DNA from: Lama guanicoe
Lineage: Eukaryota
NCBI GenBank assembly: GCA_013239625.1
Contig: MU054391.1
Span: forward strand, 4,733,824-4,797,823
Direction: 5' to 3'
DNA length: 64,000 nt
Shown: piece after piece, positions 24,700 through 37,359 of the stretch
How positions within the stretch are numbered: position 1 is the stretch's first letter
Layout of the letters: each line of letters opens with the position of its first letter
Program-made: the position numbers and the translations under genes
Notes under the pieces: generated by a model
What the model was told of the DNA's origin: nothing
The model's database searches: none
Seen by the model: the letters and a program-made list of their open reading frames with translations, nothing else

Positions 24700-26190
24700 A
24701 ACCAGAAATCAGCAGGTATGTGAGAAGGAAAAAAATAAAATTAAACAGTCAAGAGAAAGAAATGAGCAACTGATTCCAGTGAAAAGAGAAGTATTAACAG
24801 AGAAAAAAATTATGTCTAATGGCATACATAGAGAGATCTCCAGAAATGGACAACCATGACAATAGAGAGGAGATAGCAGAGAAACAAAACAGAAAAAATA
24901 TTATCTAAAGAGAAATCTGATTTTTCAAGTAGGTACACCAAAGGCCAAGCAGGATGAGTGACAGGAAATTAAAAAAAAAAAAACCTACTATTCTTTGTTA
25001 ACAATTCAGAACCCTAGAGATAAAACAAAAACCCTCAACACCACCAGAAAAATTTCAAAAAACAAGATTACTTACAAAGGACCAGAACGAAACTGACCCT
25101 AGACCTGTCAACAGAATGTAAAGTTGGAGGGCAAAGGAGCAAGACGTTCAAACTTTTAAAGGAAAGTGATTTTGAAAGTAAAATTATATTCCAAACTCTT
25201 AACCAAGTGGAGTGATGGAAAATAAAGGTATTTTAAGAGATGTAGGACTCAAAAGGTTTTACTTCCCTTTCTCAGAAAATTGCAGAGTAGTCATATTTGC
25301 AAGGCACTCTTCTTAGTACTTTGCATGTACTTAACTCCTTGCATCTTCAGATCAACCCTATGACATTATTTTTACCCTAAATTTTTAAATGAAGAAACTG
25401 GGGCACAGAGAGGCTACACTCTGCCAAATGAAAAAGGGAACTCAAGAAAATAGATGCTATAAAACTTTACTCACAGCAACCTAAAGAGGAGACCAATGGA
25501 AAAGAAATGCAAGGCTGACAGCTAAGCAGTGTGTCTAGAAAGCAATGGACCAATTAAAAGAGAAAGTAAGATGGCTTGTGAAGAAGGCTTCAAGACAGAA
25601 ACAAATCCAATTGCATACACTGTATGATAACTAGAAAGGTCTTGAAAGGTCTAAAAACCATGATGGATACATATGTCCCTGCAGTCAACATTTATTTAAA
25701 AAAAAAAAAAGAAAAAGAAAAAGAGAAAAGAAACACCAGGGGAGTGAGCAGGAGAGGAAGATAGCAATACAAAACATACATGCTCCAAATATGAAGCAAA
25801 CTTACAGGTGCCCTAATTTTGAGGAATAGATAGAGTTTAGGAAAACAAAAGTAGACTTAATCTTAACTCTTGGAAGATCACCCTTCAAATAGCACCAGTT
25901 CAGTAATATAGAAATAACTTTTCCTTGATTTGTGTTGTAGTTAAAAAAAATTAAATAATCATAAGAATATAAATGCTGTTCTTTAAATTTTCATTTCTAG
26001 AATTGCTCCTTAGAAGTATAGAAAACTTAATTATAGTTACAGTAACAAAACAGGTAAATATTTTCAATTCTGACAGCGTAAAAACATAATGGCACAGCTG
26101 GACAAAGAGTAAAGAAAGGCGGGAGTAATAAGGATGCTAAACTCTCACTCTTCTTAATGGAGAATCAAGAGATAATATCTGATGCTGATG
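24700..26190 (+). mobile_element. Old L1-ORF1-like / HAL1 remnant, interrupted by a MIR
   Basis: A-rich; caagattacttacaaagga...cagacc...ttcaaacttttaaaggaaagtgattttgaa..aaaattatattcca resembles the ORF1 3' part. Confidence 0.5.
25288..25416 (-). mobile_element. MIR SINE
   Basis: caaccctatgac..attatt...aaatgaagaaactggggcacagagagg. Confidence 0.7.
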
Positions 26191-26194
26191 GAGC

Positions 26195-26570
26195 TCCAAA
26201 ACCAAAAGTATCATTCATGAAAGAAATAGTAAGCTGGACTTCGTTAAAATTAAAAACTTCCGCTCTGTGAAAGACACTGCCAAGAAAATGAGAAGACAAG
26301 CCACAGACTGGGAGAAAATACTTGCAAACGATATAAAAGAGGAAGAACTGTTACCCAAAAATATACTAAGAACACTTAAAACTCAACAATAAAAAATAAA
26401 CAACTCAATTGAAAAAGTGGGTGAAGGACCTGAACAGAAATTTGATGAAAGGAGATACAGAGATGGCAAGTAAGCATATGAAGGGATGATCACCTCATCT
26501 GTCGTCAGAGAAACGCAAACTAAAACGACGAGATACTCTTCACACCTATTTAAATGGTGAAAATCTACAG
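26195..26570 (+). mobile_element. L1M ORF2 3' fragment
   Basis: aaaattaaaaacttccgctctgtgaaagacact..aagaaaatgagaagacaagccacagactgggagaaaata. Confidence 0.85.
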
Positions 26571-28267
26571 ATACTGGATCAAGAAATAGATACGCATATT
26601 AAAGTTTTGAAACTACAGAAAAAACTTTAGAAAAACAGAATCGGCAAAAGTCAACATGTAAAAGAGAGATGGAAGCTTGTGTACTGGCATTAAATTCTAT
26701 TTAATTTTAAATTAAACTTAAATTCCATTACATTTAATTCCAAATTATTTATTCCCTAGTTAAGAATTAATGCACACTGCCCAAAGTTGATTGATCAGGA
26801 TATAAGGGTAAAAATAATTCTAGATGAAGTTATGGTGGTAATTTCTAGAAGAATTAAAAGCAGAAGTGCTTATCTTTGGGAGCATGAGGGTTTGAGGATG
26901 AGGAGATATTTAGAAAGAGTTGTTCTTATTTTGTATCCTCTGTGCTGCTTAGATAGATTTTTTTCTATAATGTACATGTGGTGCTTTTGTAATATAAAAG
27001 CAATTTTTAATCAGTAATTTTTCTGTTAGGGAAGAAAACAGCTGGAGGATGAAGTCTATGGAAATGTTTCTGGAAGCTTAATAATAAATGTCACTAATAA
27101 AGCAGTGTTGAAAATAATGAATTTTTGAATTTTGAAATGCCTTGAAGTTTTTCTCAAATTGTAAATCTCCCAAAGGGTGTTCATCCAAGCCCTACTTATC
27201 AGACGCACTACTAAGTTCAAATTATAAAAATCTTACCTGTAATTGAAGCCAGCTGCAACCTTTTTGACAAGGACTAATTGCCGATAATGATTTAAGTGCT
27301 GTAAATTCACATGCCACAATTGTTTTAAGTAGGGGAACCTCTCACAGCTTTCTCTGAAAAGAACTGTTCATCTTTGCTGCTGACTTATCAAATCCTTCAG
27401 TCACCTGTTTGCCATCATTTTCATGAGCTGATAACGTGTTTATTAGAGTCATAATGTGCAGGTGGAGGAATAAAGGTCTCATTTGATGGCTCTGGAATTT
27501 CATTTGACATTTCAATGTGGTAAAAGTTGGCTGAAGCACCAGCCTTGGCTACAGCAGAAAGAGACAGTGAAGGCAGCATAAATTGTTTAATTCAAAGCAA
27601 ATGAAAAGTCAGCATATGTTGACGGTCAGTAGCTTTAGAGGGTAGAACAGGGGAAAACCCATAACCTATAAGATGGTCCTTTTACCTCCTGTAAACCAGG
27701 GGTCCTTGGTGCCAGTAAAACTGGGAGCCTGCTGGCTTGGGGTAGGCTGTCTTCCTCCATGCTCAGCACGCCTGGCTCTCTTTGGATGCATCTGATCACT
27801 TCAATTTTTTGTCAGCATTTCATCAGTTTCCATTGCCTGCTCATTGCTAAGGTTTGGAGCACTTCATACACCCCTGGAAGGTGTGAATTATTAACACCTC
27901 TAGTTGTGGAGACAGGAGCAACTTGGCAGCATATATTCAAGACTTAACCTGGCCTTTGACTTTGCAATTCTACAGCTAAGGATTTCGCTAAAGAAAAGAA
28001 GGAATCCTGTGCGAATTTCTGGCCACAAGGATTTCACCAGGATATTGTTTATAACAGTGGGAAACTGGAAACCATCTAAAGGGCTGACAATGGGGGATTG
28101 ATCTGATACCTTAGTGCTCAGACCTGGGAAAGATGTGCAGGGACAGGTCACTGTGGAACCAGAGACATCTAGTTCCACAGCCAGGACACCCACTTGCCAG
28201 CATAAATCTTTAACTTGTTGGCTACACAAGCACTGTCAGCCTCAACTTCCTCATTTTAAAATGACAG

Positions 28268-28447
28268 TAGGTGTGTGGGTTTATTTCTGGGCTCTCTATT
28301 CTGCTCCATTAAGCCATACATCTGTTTCTGTGCCAATACCATGCTGTTTTGATTACCGTAGCTCTGTAGTATTGTCTGAAGTCTGGGAGGGTTATTCCTC
28401 CAGCCTCTTTCTTTTTCTTCAGTATTGCTGTGGCAATTCTGGGTCTT
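28268..28447 (-). mobile_element. L1 ORF2 internal fragment
   Basis: Reverse translation ...[27 protein letters not shown]...IESPEINPHTY. Confidence 0.85.
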
Positions 28448-28780
28448 AAACGTATCCCTGTTTCAGATTTCGACTGTTCACAGACTCTCAGAATGCGGAG
28501 AAAATTGAAGTGTTATCTACTGTAACCCTCTCACTCAACTGAGGAAGAAATACGAGGGCTCAGTAAGGAGAGCTGGCTCCCTGCCTCCCCTCAACCCCAT
28601 CCTCTGCACAGAGAACCAGCCCCAGGGTGGGGGCTTCCCTGCAGCCTCGGAAAGCGTACTGGAATTGGATGTCCGGATCTGAGTCTCTCCTGGCTCCAGA
28701 TCTGTCTGGACTCTCTCTTATTCTACCTTGGGTATAGTGCCTGGCCCAAAGTAGGAACTCAACAAATACTTTTTGAATAA

Positions 28781-29462
28781 TCTCTAATGGAAAAAAAATA
28801 TGTAAATGAATATATGTATGTATATGAATGACTGGGACATTGTGCTGTACACCAGAGACTGACACATTGTAACTGACTGTACTTCAATTAAAATAATAAA
28901 AAAGACTAGGAATAGACTTACCATATGACCCAGGAATCCCACTCCTGGGCATATATCCAGAAGGAACCCTACTTCAAAAAGACATCTGCACCCCAATGTT
29001 CATAGCAGCACTATTTACAATAGCCAAGACATGGAAATAGCCTAAATGTCCAGCTACAGATGACTGGATAAAGAAGAGGTGGTATATTATACAATGGAAT
29101 ACTATTCAGCCATAAAAATGACAGCATAACTCCATTTGCAACAACATGGATGCTCCTAGAGAATGTCATTCTAAGTGAAGTAAGCCAGAAAGAGAAAGAA
29201 AAATACCATATGAGATCGCTCATATGTGGAATCTAAAAAACAAAAACAAAAACAAAAAAAAAAAAGAACATAAATACAAAACAGAAACAGACTCACAGAC
29301 ATAGAATCCAAAGTTGGGGTTGCCAAGGGGGCAGAAGGTGGGAAGGGACAGACTGGAATTTCAAAATTTGTGGATGTGCTCTACACTGGAATTTAACACA
29401 GCATTGTAAAATGACTATAACTCAATAAAAAAAATAAAAGAGAAAAAATAAATAAATATAAA
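28781..29462 (+). mobile_element. Composite L1 insertion (short 3' tail plus ORF2-end/3' UTR), flanked by a 20-bp TSD
   Basis: L1 tail at ~28785-28902, then gactaggaatagacttaccatatgacccaggaatcccactcctggg.... TSD aacaaatactttttgaataa (28761-28780) versus aacaaacacttgttgaataa (29463-29482). Confidence 0.88.
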
Positions 29463-30270
29463 AACAAACACTTGTTGAATAAACGCCTGAACCAATGACT
29501 CGCCTGTGCACGCAGATGATGCCCTGCTCCCGTTAAGTGTCAGAGGACCTACACGGTGCTATGAAAGCAGCCGCTAAGCCTTTGGGGTGGGGAGTGGGGA
29601 ACTCAGAAAGACTTCCTAGGGCACTGAGCCAAGTCCTGGAGAGGGCAGCCAAGAGATCTCCAGACCCGAGAAACAGCCCTAGGAACCGGAAACACATTGT
29701 GAGTCGGGGAAGAGGATACTGTCTTAGGCCAAAGGTCTATACGAGATCATGTGTTAGGAAATCGGGAAAAGAGAAGTGACATAACCAGTCCATCCTTCCA
29801 TTCCTTTCTCGGCCATCTAAAGAGGGCAGGGGGCTATGTGGGGAAAATGATTTAAGATTGGTTACTAGCTAGTAAGGGTTTAATAGGTCTTTCTGTGCAG
29901 ATAACCTTTCCATTTTCACCGGGGCATCTGACTTCACCCCCAGGAATGTGAGAATTGCAGGTAATTAGGGCGGGGTGGGCAGGAAGGGGTTCTCTCCAGC
30001 GAGGAGTGCCTGGCGGTCTGCGGTGAATCACCACGCGCTGACAGCGGGCTTCTCCAGCCGAGGAATCCTGCTGGAGAGACTCTAAAAGACAACCCCTCAT
30101 ACCTTCCCGTAGGCAGCGCGACCCCCGGCCCGCTACCACGCCCTCTGACAAACGTGCTCCCCGGGCCATTTTTATGATGGATTTTCTTTTTTCATTTAAA
30201 GCTAATCACATTATCCTTCTCATCTGCTCTCTGTACCTCTTACCATTTAAGAGAGGTTGAAAAGAGTTCA

Positions 30271-30271
<1 letters not shown>

Positions 30272-30320
<49 letters not shown>
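30272..30320. repeat. (CA)n microsatellite
   Basis: Long, near-perfect CA run. Confidence 0.95.
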
Positions 30321-30321
<1 letters not shown>

Positions 30322-30954
30322 TGATTTTTCACCACTTGTCCCCTGCTCATACGCACATAAGATGTTCCACTTGGTCCTGTTGGAACCCATTATTTCCCTG
30401 GCAGACTTGATGTCTGTTTTGATAGGAGCAATTTATCACCCTGGTGAAATCACACTGCTGTTTGGAAGGCAGGGTCGGGATTTCTGAATCCCTTTCCACT
30501 GGGAGTGAATTTAATTCCCAGGGGTGGGAGCGGTATTAAGAGGTTCAGCCTGCCGCCCCGTGGCATCGGAGACGGTGTCTCCCAAAGTGAGTGGCAGCTG
30601 AGTCTCCTGCCCGCCCCGCTTCCCCATCCATGCTGTGCTAGAAAAGTCTTCACCCTTCTGAGCACGGAGGAAGCTCAATTTAGGGTGTGGAATCCAACAA
30701 AGTAGGGTATAAAACAATGGTTAAGTGAATAACGAATTTAAACCAATAAAATTGATTTGTAGAGCATTTCCACTCTATTTTTAGTGTGTATGAGTTTTTA
30801 AAATTATTTTTCTTTGAAGATACTTTTTTCAAAGGGTCCATTTTTAAGTTTCAATCCAGGTTCTTGCTCTATTTGAGCCAACTTCTTTTTGCAATTTATA
30901 GTCTAGTGTCCCCATTTGCTTTGTAGTTCAGGTTAGGAGGTCACAAAGCCTTTT

Positions 30955-31090
30955 GGAATTCCCTGGGGAGCTTTAAAAGCTCTGGATGCCTGACTCCCAC
31001 CCCCAGGGAGTCGGTGACAATGCCTGAGAATCAGGATTTTTTTAAGTTCCCCAGGTGATTCTAATGTACAGCTAAGTTTGAGACCCACTG
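30955..31090. mobile_element. hAT-Charlie MER5-type element
   Basis: ccctggggagctttaaaa...ttttttaagttccccaggtgattctaatgtacagctaagtttgagacccactg. Confidence 0.75.
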
Positions 31091-31228
31091 CTATAATACA
31101 TTTTATATAATACATATTTTATATGTTTAGTATTTATGTAACATATAATATAATGAGCTTGAATTTTTGAAAGGAGCGTAACAGAATTTCAAGTTAGACA
31201 TCCATCTTACAACTGTTCATCTATTTCA

Positions 31229-31398
31229 TTTTCTTAATTCTATTTTTAACTTATTTTTTAATATTTTTAAATGTTTATTTATTTATTTATGGGGGGGTAA
31301 TTAGATTTATTTATTTATTGAATGGAGGTACCAGGGATTGAACCCGGAGCCTCAGGCAGGCTAAGCATGAACTCTAACCTCTGAGCTCTACCCTCCCC
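31229..31398 (-). mobile_element. tRNA-Ala-derived SINE (camelid vic-1-like)
   Basis: Reverse strand reads GGGGAGGGTAGAGCTCAGAGG...GGGTTCAATCCCTGGTACCTCCA followed by an AT-rich tail. Confidence 0.85.
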
Positions 31399-34060
31399 AC
31401 CCTTCACCTATTTTATATCTCTTTTATATGAACCAGTCCTGACTTATTAATCATTTCATTGATCAAGTCGGTATCTGGACAAATATGCCTTAACCAGCAA
31501 GAACAAGTGAGTTGTTCATGTGATGAACTGTCTTCACCTTCTTTAAAACTTGCCTGAAAGCAGGGATTCTGGCTGCGAGCAGTACTTGTGCTCTGTGGAT
31601 TGTTCCCAGTTGGTCAAACAGCTCGCTTGCATCAGTTCAACTCCACGCACTACTTGGTATCCATTCACTGTGCCAAGTCATGGTCACGTGTCTCTGCTCC
31701 CCATCTCTGCTCCTCACCCATCACCCATCCACCCATCCTTCCAGCCACTCAACAGTTGTCAGGCACTGGTAGAAAATAATAAATGACACAACTTCCCTTT
31801 TAAAGGAGTCCACAGCCTGGTGTGGAAAGAAGACAAGTTAACAGAAGTCAGAGGAAAGGGAGAGATGAGCTGAGATGCCCAAGGAGCACACAGATGGGCA
31901 CCTAACACTGCATCGGGGCAGGGCAGACAGCTGTCACAATCACAAGAAAAAAGGACTGCTATTTTGGCAAAGTGGCTTTTTGTATCATTGAACTATTGAC
32001 CATTATCTACATCGTCTGCATAGAAAGATGCTCCCCACATACAGGTATAACTGTATCTCTTTCCATCTTCATTCAGGCATTCATTGGCACTTAATAAGTA
32101 TATTATTCCACAATTAGATCATTAGTGAAAATATGAAATAGTAGAATTCATTTTCTGATTGAGATATTCTTCGTTTGAGAAATAACATAAGTACCAAAAA
32201 CTCCTTGTTTTGGTCTCGCTGGTTCCACGGCTCTTTTTAAAAGTGCAAAACTTACATCCAAGGATGGATGTCCACATGAGGAAGGCTGTCAGCGGGGTCA
32301 AGAACACTGCGGTCTTGCTGGGGCTCCCTGTTTAATCATTGACATTGGGGATTTCTTCACATTAGTAGGTCAGCACATGATAAAGCATGTGACTATTTTA
32401 AGACCAAACAAATGATACTGGAGAACCAAGGACCAAGGCGAATACCTAGAATTCCTGGGCAGTCACCTGGAAAAAATGTCACCAGTGAGTCAGGGGACAG
32501 ACCGAGACCAAGTCACCTTGTCCACGTACTTTAAGTGACTGCTTACGGGGCTACATAAAAAGCAAGCATGAAACGGGATAGAAATGAAAAGCTTGCAGGT
32601 CGGTGATAAAGAAGTAAGAGGGGAGGGGGAGCTCAGGTGATACTTTCCTTTCTCCATTTGAAACAAATTTAGGAGCTGATTTTAATTTTCTGGCCTTCCA
32701 AAACTGGAACTCTCAGGGACATTAGAAATAATTTAACCCAATGTTAATTTATAAATGAAAAAACCTGAGATCCAGAGAGACTGAGGCCATGCTGTAAGTA
32801 AAAGGCAAAAACACCAGGCTTCCTGCCTCCTGTGACCCCTCGCCCCCTGACCTCGCAGCCAGGTCATGAAGGTGTACCCAACATCCCGACCACAATCGAG
32901 AGCTCTTCCTGCTGGAGCCTTCTGAGAGCAGGGCCATCGCTCATTCACTCGGACAGCGGCTGCAAATCTTGGCCTCCAGCTCTGTGCCTCCTGCCAAGAC
33001 AATGAGGTGGATGGGGGCGTGAGTCCTCTGACCCGGGTCACTGCCACGCACCAGTGGAGACATTGTGGCATCCACAAAAGTGCCCTCCTTCCATCCGGCC
33101 TCCTGGTGTCAGCTCATGCAACTGACCCCTCCATCCTCCTTGCCCCAGTTGTGGACCTTCTTCGGGGGCAGTGGCCCCCTGGGCTTCTCTGCCCTGAAGT
33201 CAACATCCTCCGCTGTTACTTGTCCTACAGGCACAAGGTGGGCCTTGCGAGGAGGCTGCTTCAGGCCTGCCCATCCAAACACACGCTACAACTATCCACC
33301 TGATGGGGCCGGGGGTACTCAGGGTTACGGCTACTTTCCCTGACCCTCCCGGGAGAATTTCAGGAGTGTTCAGGTGCTAGCTCCCCTCTCTGGGAGTTCT
33401 CAGACATATCTGGGGTTTCTGCATGGACCCCCATCCGACGACTCAGCACTGGAGAGGGGTATGTGGGTGAAGACAGAGACTTGAGCAACTTCTCAGTTCT
33501 TTTCTCCCTTTCTCCAATCTAGAACCTTTATCTAATCTCAGGGCAACACAGAACAAAAACCGGGTCCGAGCTAGTATTCCTCCAAATTTATTGTCTATGC
33601 CCTGAGTTCTTTTGAAATTTGGAAGCCAAGAATTGTGTTCCTTGCCGCACCGTGCCACGCATCCCCTGAGGTTTTCAAAGTAGGAGACATTCAGGGAACA
33701 GCAGTGAAAACTAATCACTCAACTATTACTCTCCATCACCAGGATCCAGGTGCTGACGCAGACTGGGTCCTCTGCCATTGGACCACACTGCTTGTTCCTT
33801 GCCTGTCCTTGCCCCCAGACCCAGGCAGGTTCAAAGTGGCAGCCACAAAGAGAAGCTGGGGACAAGGCACACCGGAGAATCGGCACACGCCATCGCCCCT
33901 CCCAGAAATCCACCACAAGATTAACACGTCCTCTCTAAGCTCCACTGTCCTTATTTGTTTGAGGCAGGTGGATTCTCTACTTATAAAGACTACAGATAGG
34001 CGAGGTCAGCCCTTAGCAAGTGCATGTGTGTAGTAATTGCATAGTAAACAGCGGCCATTA

Positions 34061-34270
34061 GCAGATACTCACTACAGTATACAAAACAGGTTAACAACAA
34101 GGACCTACTTACTGTACAGCACAGCAAACTCTATTCAATATCTTGTTACCATGTATACTGGGAAAGAACCTGAAAAAATAATATAGATGGATAACTGAAT
34201 CACTGTGCTGTACACCTGAAACTAGCACAGCATTGTAAATCAACTATACTTCAACAAAAATAAAAATAAA
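34061..34270 (+). mobile_element. L1 3' UTR fragment with A tail and TSD
   Basis: TSD taaacagcggccatta (34045-34060) versus taaatagcagccatta (34271-34286). Confidence 0.88.
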
Positions 34271-35494
34271 TAAATAGCAGCCATTATTTAAACCTTTCTC
34301 TTCTCTGTCATCACTAATATCCTTCTTAAGATGGTGAAACTCCTAGCTGGCAACCTTCTGAGTTTCCCAGCTGGCACGGTGCTAGCGAGGAGACACCAGG
34401 TCATAATTTTGGTCACTGCACAGGCCACGTGATGGAAGTCATGTTTGAAGAAGCCCACACGTAGAAGATGATCTAGGAAATGTGAATGATTGCTAACGAA
34501 AGCGATCTGGCAAGGGTATGAATGACTCAGGGCAAGCCTGTTACCATTTCTAGGAAAACAACTCAAACCGCTCTGTCTTAAGCAGGACTGAGCCCGAAGC
34601 ACAACTGCTCTGAGTTACGGCACATCACGTACTTGGTGCAAACCAGGGGTTTCCATCACCAACCTTGAGTCAGCACTGGCTCCAGCGATTCTCACCCGGG
34701 ATTAAAAATGCAGGCTCCCCGAGCCCACTCCCTAGACCCCTCCACTCAGAATTAGTGCCAGAAAGGGCTTCCTGGGGGAGAAAGAATCTCGGAGCACATC
34801 AGCAGGAACCGCCCGGGAGAATGTACCCAGCCACGGAACGGCATTGCGAGTGAGAACAGGCACAGCCTCCTGGGGCCCCCGTGCGCATCCTGCTGGATGT
34901 GCCCCAGCCTGATGTGCTGCCCAGCACCCACACTGGTCAGAAACAGACAGCAACCCTCTGCCCAGCCCTTGGCGCCATCTGGGTATTCCACGGTGTGCTC
35001 TGACAAGGTGCGCTATTTTCAGATACTGAGTCATCAAACTGACAAAACACCAAACTTCCTCATTTTTTATATTCATAAGACCCAGGGATAGTTCTGACCA
35101 GTAATCTCCTGAAACTGCATTTTACATAAACTTGGTGCTAACACCGATTATGCCCAGACCAGCTCCTCCTGGAGGAGGTCCCCCTCCACAGAGCCCTGGC
35201 CATGGTACCAACGTTCAGATCCAGTTCTCCAGAACTCTACTCAAGCCCCACCATTCCAAACTGTCTAAAGACCTAAAAACTCACAAGAAGTTAACGCAGT
35301 TATTCCAGTAGGAATCCACTAAGTAACTGAGAATCCAGGAACGTACATTAGCTAATGGTTTCCATTTGGTCTGATAGGGAAATAGGTCAATTATATTTTT
35401 CCTTCTCTCTCTCTCTGTTTAAACAAGAAAATTCCAAGTCACACACCAAGAGCTGGATTAAGATCAACAGCTTAGCCAAACAACACAAGAATAA

Positions 35495-35712
35495 AATCAT
35501 AACTAAGCCCTCACTTACATAGTACTTAGGCGACCAGGCTCCATTCCAAACCATTCACTTATACTAACTCATTTAATCCGCACAACCCTGTGTACAAGTT
35601 CATACTATTATTATCCCCGATTGACCAATGAGAAAACTAAGGCACAAAGACACTTAAGTCACACAACTCATAACTGGCAAGGCCTGAGCTCCAACCCAGA
35701 CTGCCCAGCTCC
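35495..35712 (-). mobile_element. MIR SINE
   Basis: taactcatttaatccgcacaaccctgtg...attattatcccc...atgagaaaactaaggcaca. Confidence 0.8.
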
Positions 35713-37359
35713 CCAGTGAACACCCTTAAACACAGATGTTCGGGAAGTGGAACTAGATAGCTCTGGATGCTGAACAGAAGACAAAAGAGTTTTAAAGTAA
35801 GGGAAGAGGATTTCTAGAAGCACAACCATCATTCTGTACATTCTAAGCAACCTCTCAAAAGCCACAATCCTTTCTGAGGCAGTAGCATCCAACCGCCTCC
35901 ACCCAGCGGCTCAGTCACACACCAGACTTGTTCCATCTTTCATCCATTCAATATGGCGCCCAATCTCGAAACGCCCAGTGTGGTAATGCTTCATCGTACT
36001 GAGCAACTGGGACTACAGCAGGGGGAAGAAGGCCACTTTCTTCCCAGAGACCACAGGAGTCAATGGCTCTTCTGTCACTCTCTGGGTCATGTGCAGGTGT
36101 GGCCCCCAGGATCCCAGCACCACTTTACAGGAGGTCCTCTGGACGCATCCTGCTTAGGCATCCCGGCAGCAGAGGCCACCCGCAGTCAGGCCAAAGCATA
36201 GGAAAAAGGAGCCACTGGCTGGGTTCTGGGCACCCAGATTGCCTCCGCCACACTGCAGGGAGCAGCACATGGGGCAAGCTCCCCTCAGTGAAACCACATT
36301 CATGCAGACCCAGGGAAGACACTAGGAGGGAAGGAGGCCCAGCTCTGCCGCCACCGCCAGGCTGGAAACACACAAAGACAGTAACCAGGAAAGACGTGGA
36401 GCTGATGCACCCGCGATCAGAGCAGATGTGTGCATGGAAAGTTGTGGAGCCAGGAGCATCCTCCGCGGGGCGGGAATTTCCCCAGCTTCCATCATCAGCA
36501 GGAGTTTATTATTTCATTGAACACTGAAAAGTGTGCCTTCACAAATGACTTGGAAGAAACCTTTGAACAGAAGAACAGTTTTTTTCCATCTTGACCCAGA
36601 TACTAAACAGCAGAACTGACAAGCTCCATGGCAGGCTCTCATGGCACTGGCCACGGTGGTGAGACACTTAGTCACAACAGCGGGCTTGGCGCTGAAAGTC
36701 AGAGGGCGGCTGACTAATGCCGACAACAGCGCCTGTCTGGGGGGACCCAGGGCATTCTTCCTGACTTCTTTAAAACTAGGTCAGGTCCTTCCTGCCCGGT
36801 AAGATGGCACCAGGATGGAATCATGACGTCTGAAAGGTCTCTCTAGGCCCAAGACGCCACTCCCCGAGTCGCTGACCCTCTGGCCTCCACAGAGCAGGGT
36901 GAGGCCGCCTCCACCCTGTCCACCTGTCCATAGTTTGGCACAGCGCTGGGCAACCCAAGGGACTTTTAAAACCTGCTTTTCCAGAGTGCAGCACACAATC
37001 AGCAAAAATGAATATGGTTCAAAGGTTTCTGGGCAGGAAGTGTCAAAGCATGTGGTATCTTGATGAAGGCAACCAAGAAAATGAAAGCAGTCTAGTCTCT
37101 GAAACTCAACCGCCCTGCTCCCCCCTAAAGCCCTTCAAAGGCTCCCAGGACAGGCAAGTTGGCAGCATTCAGGCAAAACCCCGTCTCCCACCCCGCCCCC
37201 TCCCACAGGCACGCACACTGCTCCTACCCACCCACCACCGGGCTCTGCATCCTCGCTCACAGCAGGAGCGTCAGGAGGGGCCCATGGAGAGAGCTGGCTT
37301 TGTCGGTGAAGTAGAGCATCTTAGAGATGCTATGATCTCCCCAAACCAGCCGAGCAGAC

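Noticed and set aside
33115..33230. Protein-like minus-strand frame GQVTAEDVDFRAEKPRGPLPPKKVHNWGKEDGG after an acceptor-like site
   Set aside because: Short, ends in a stop, no clear donor and no recognised homolog.
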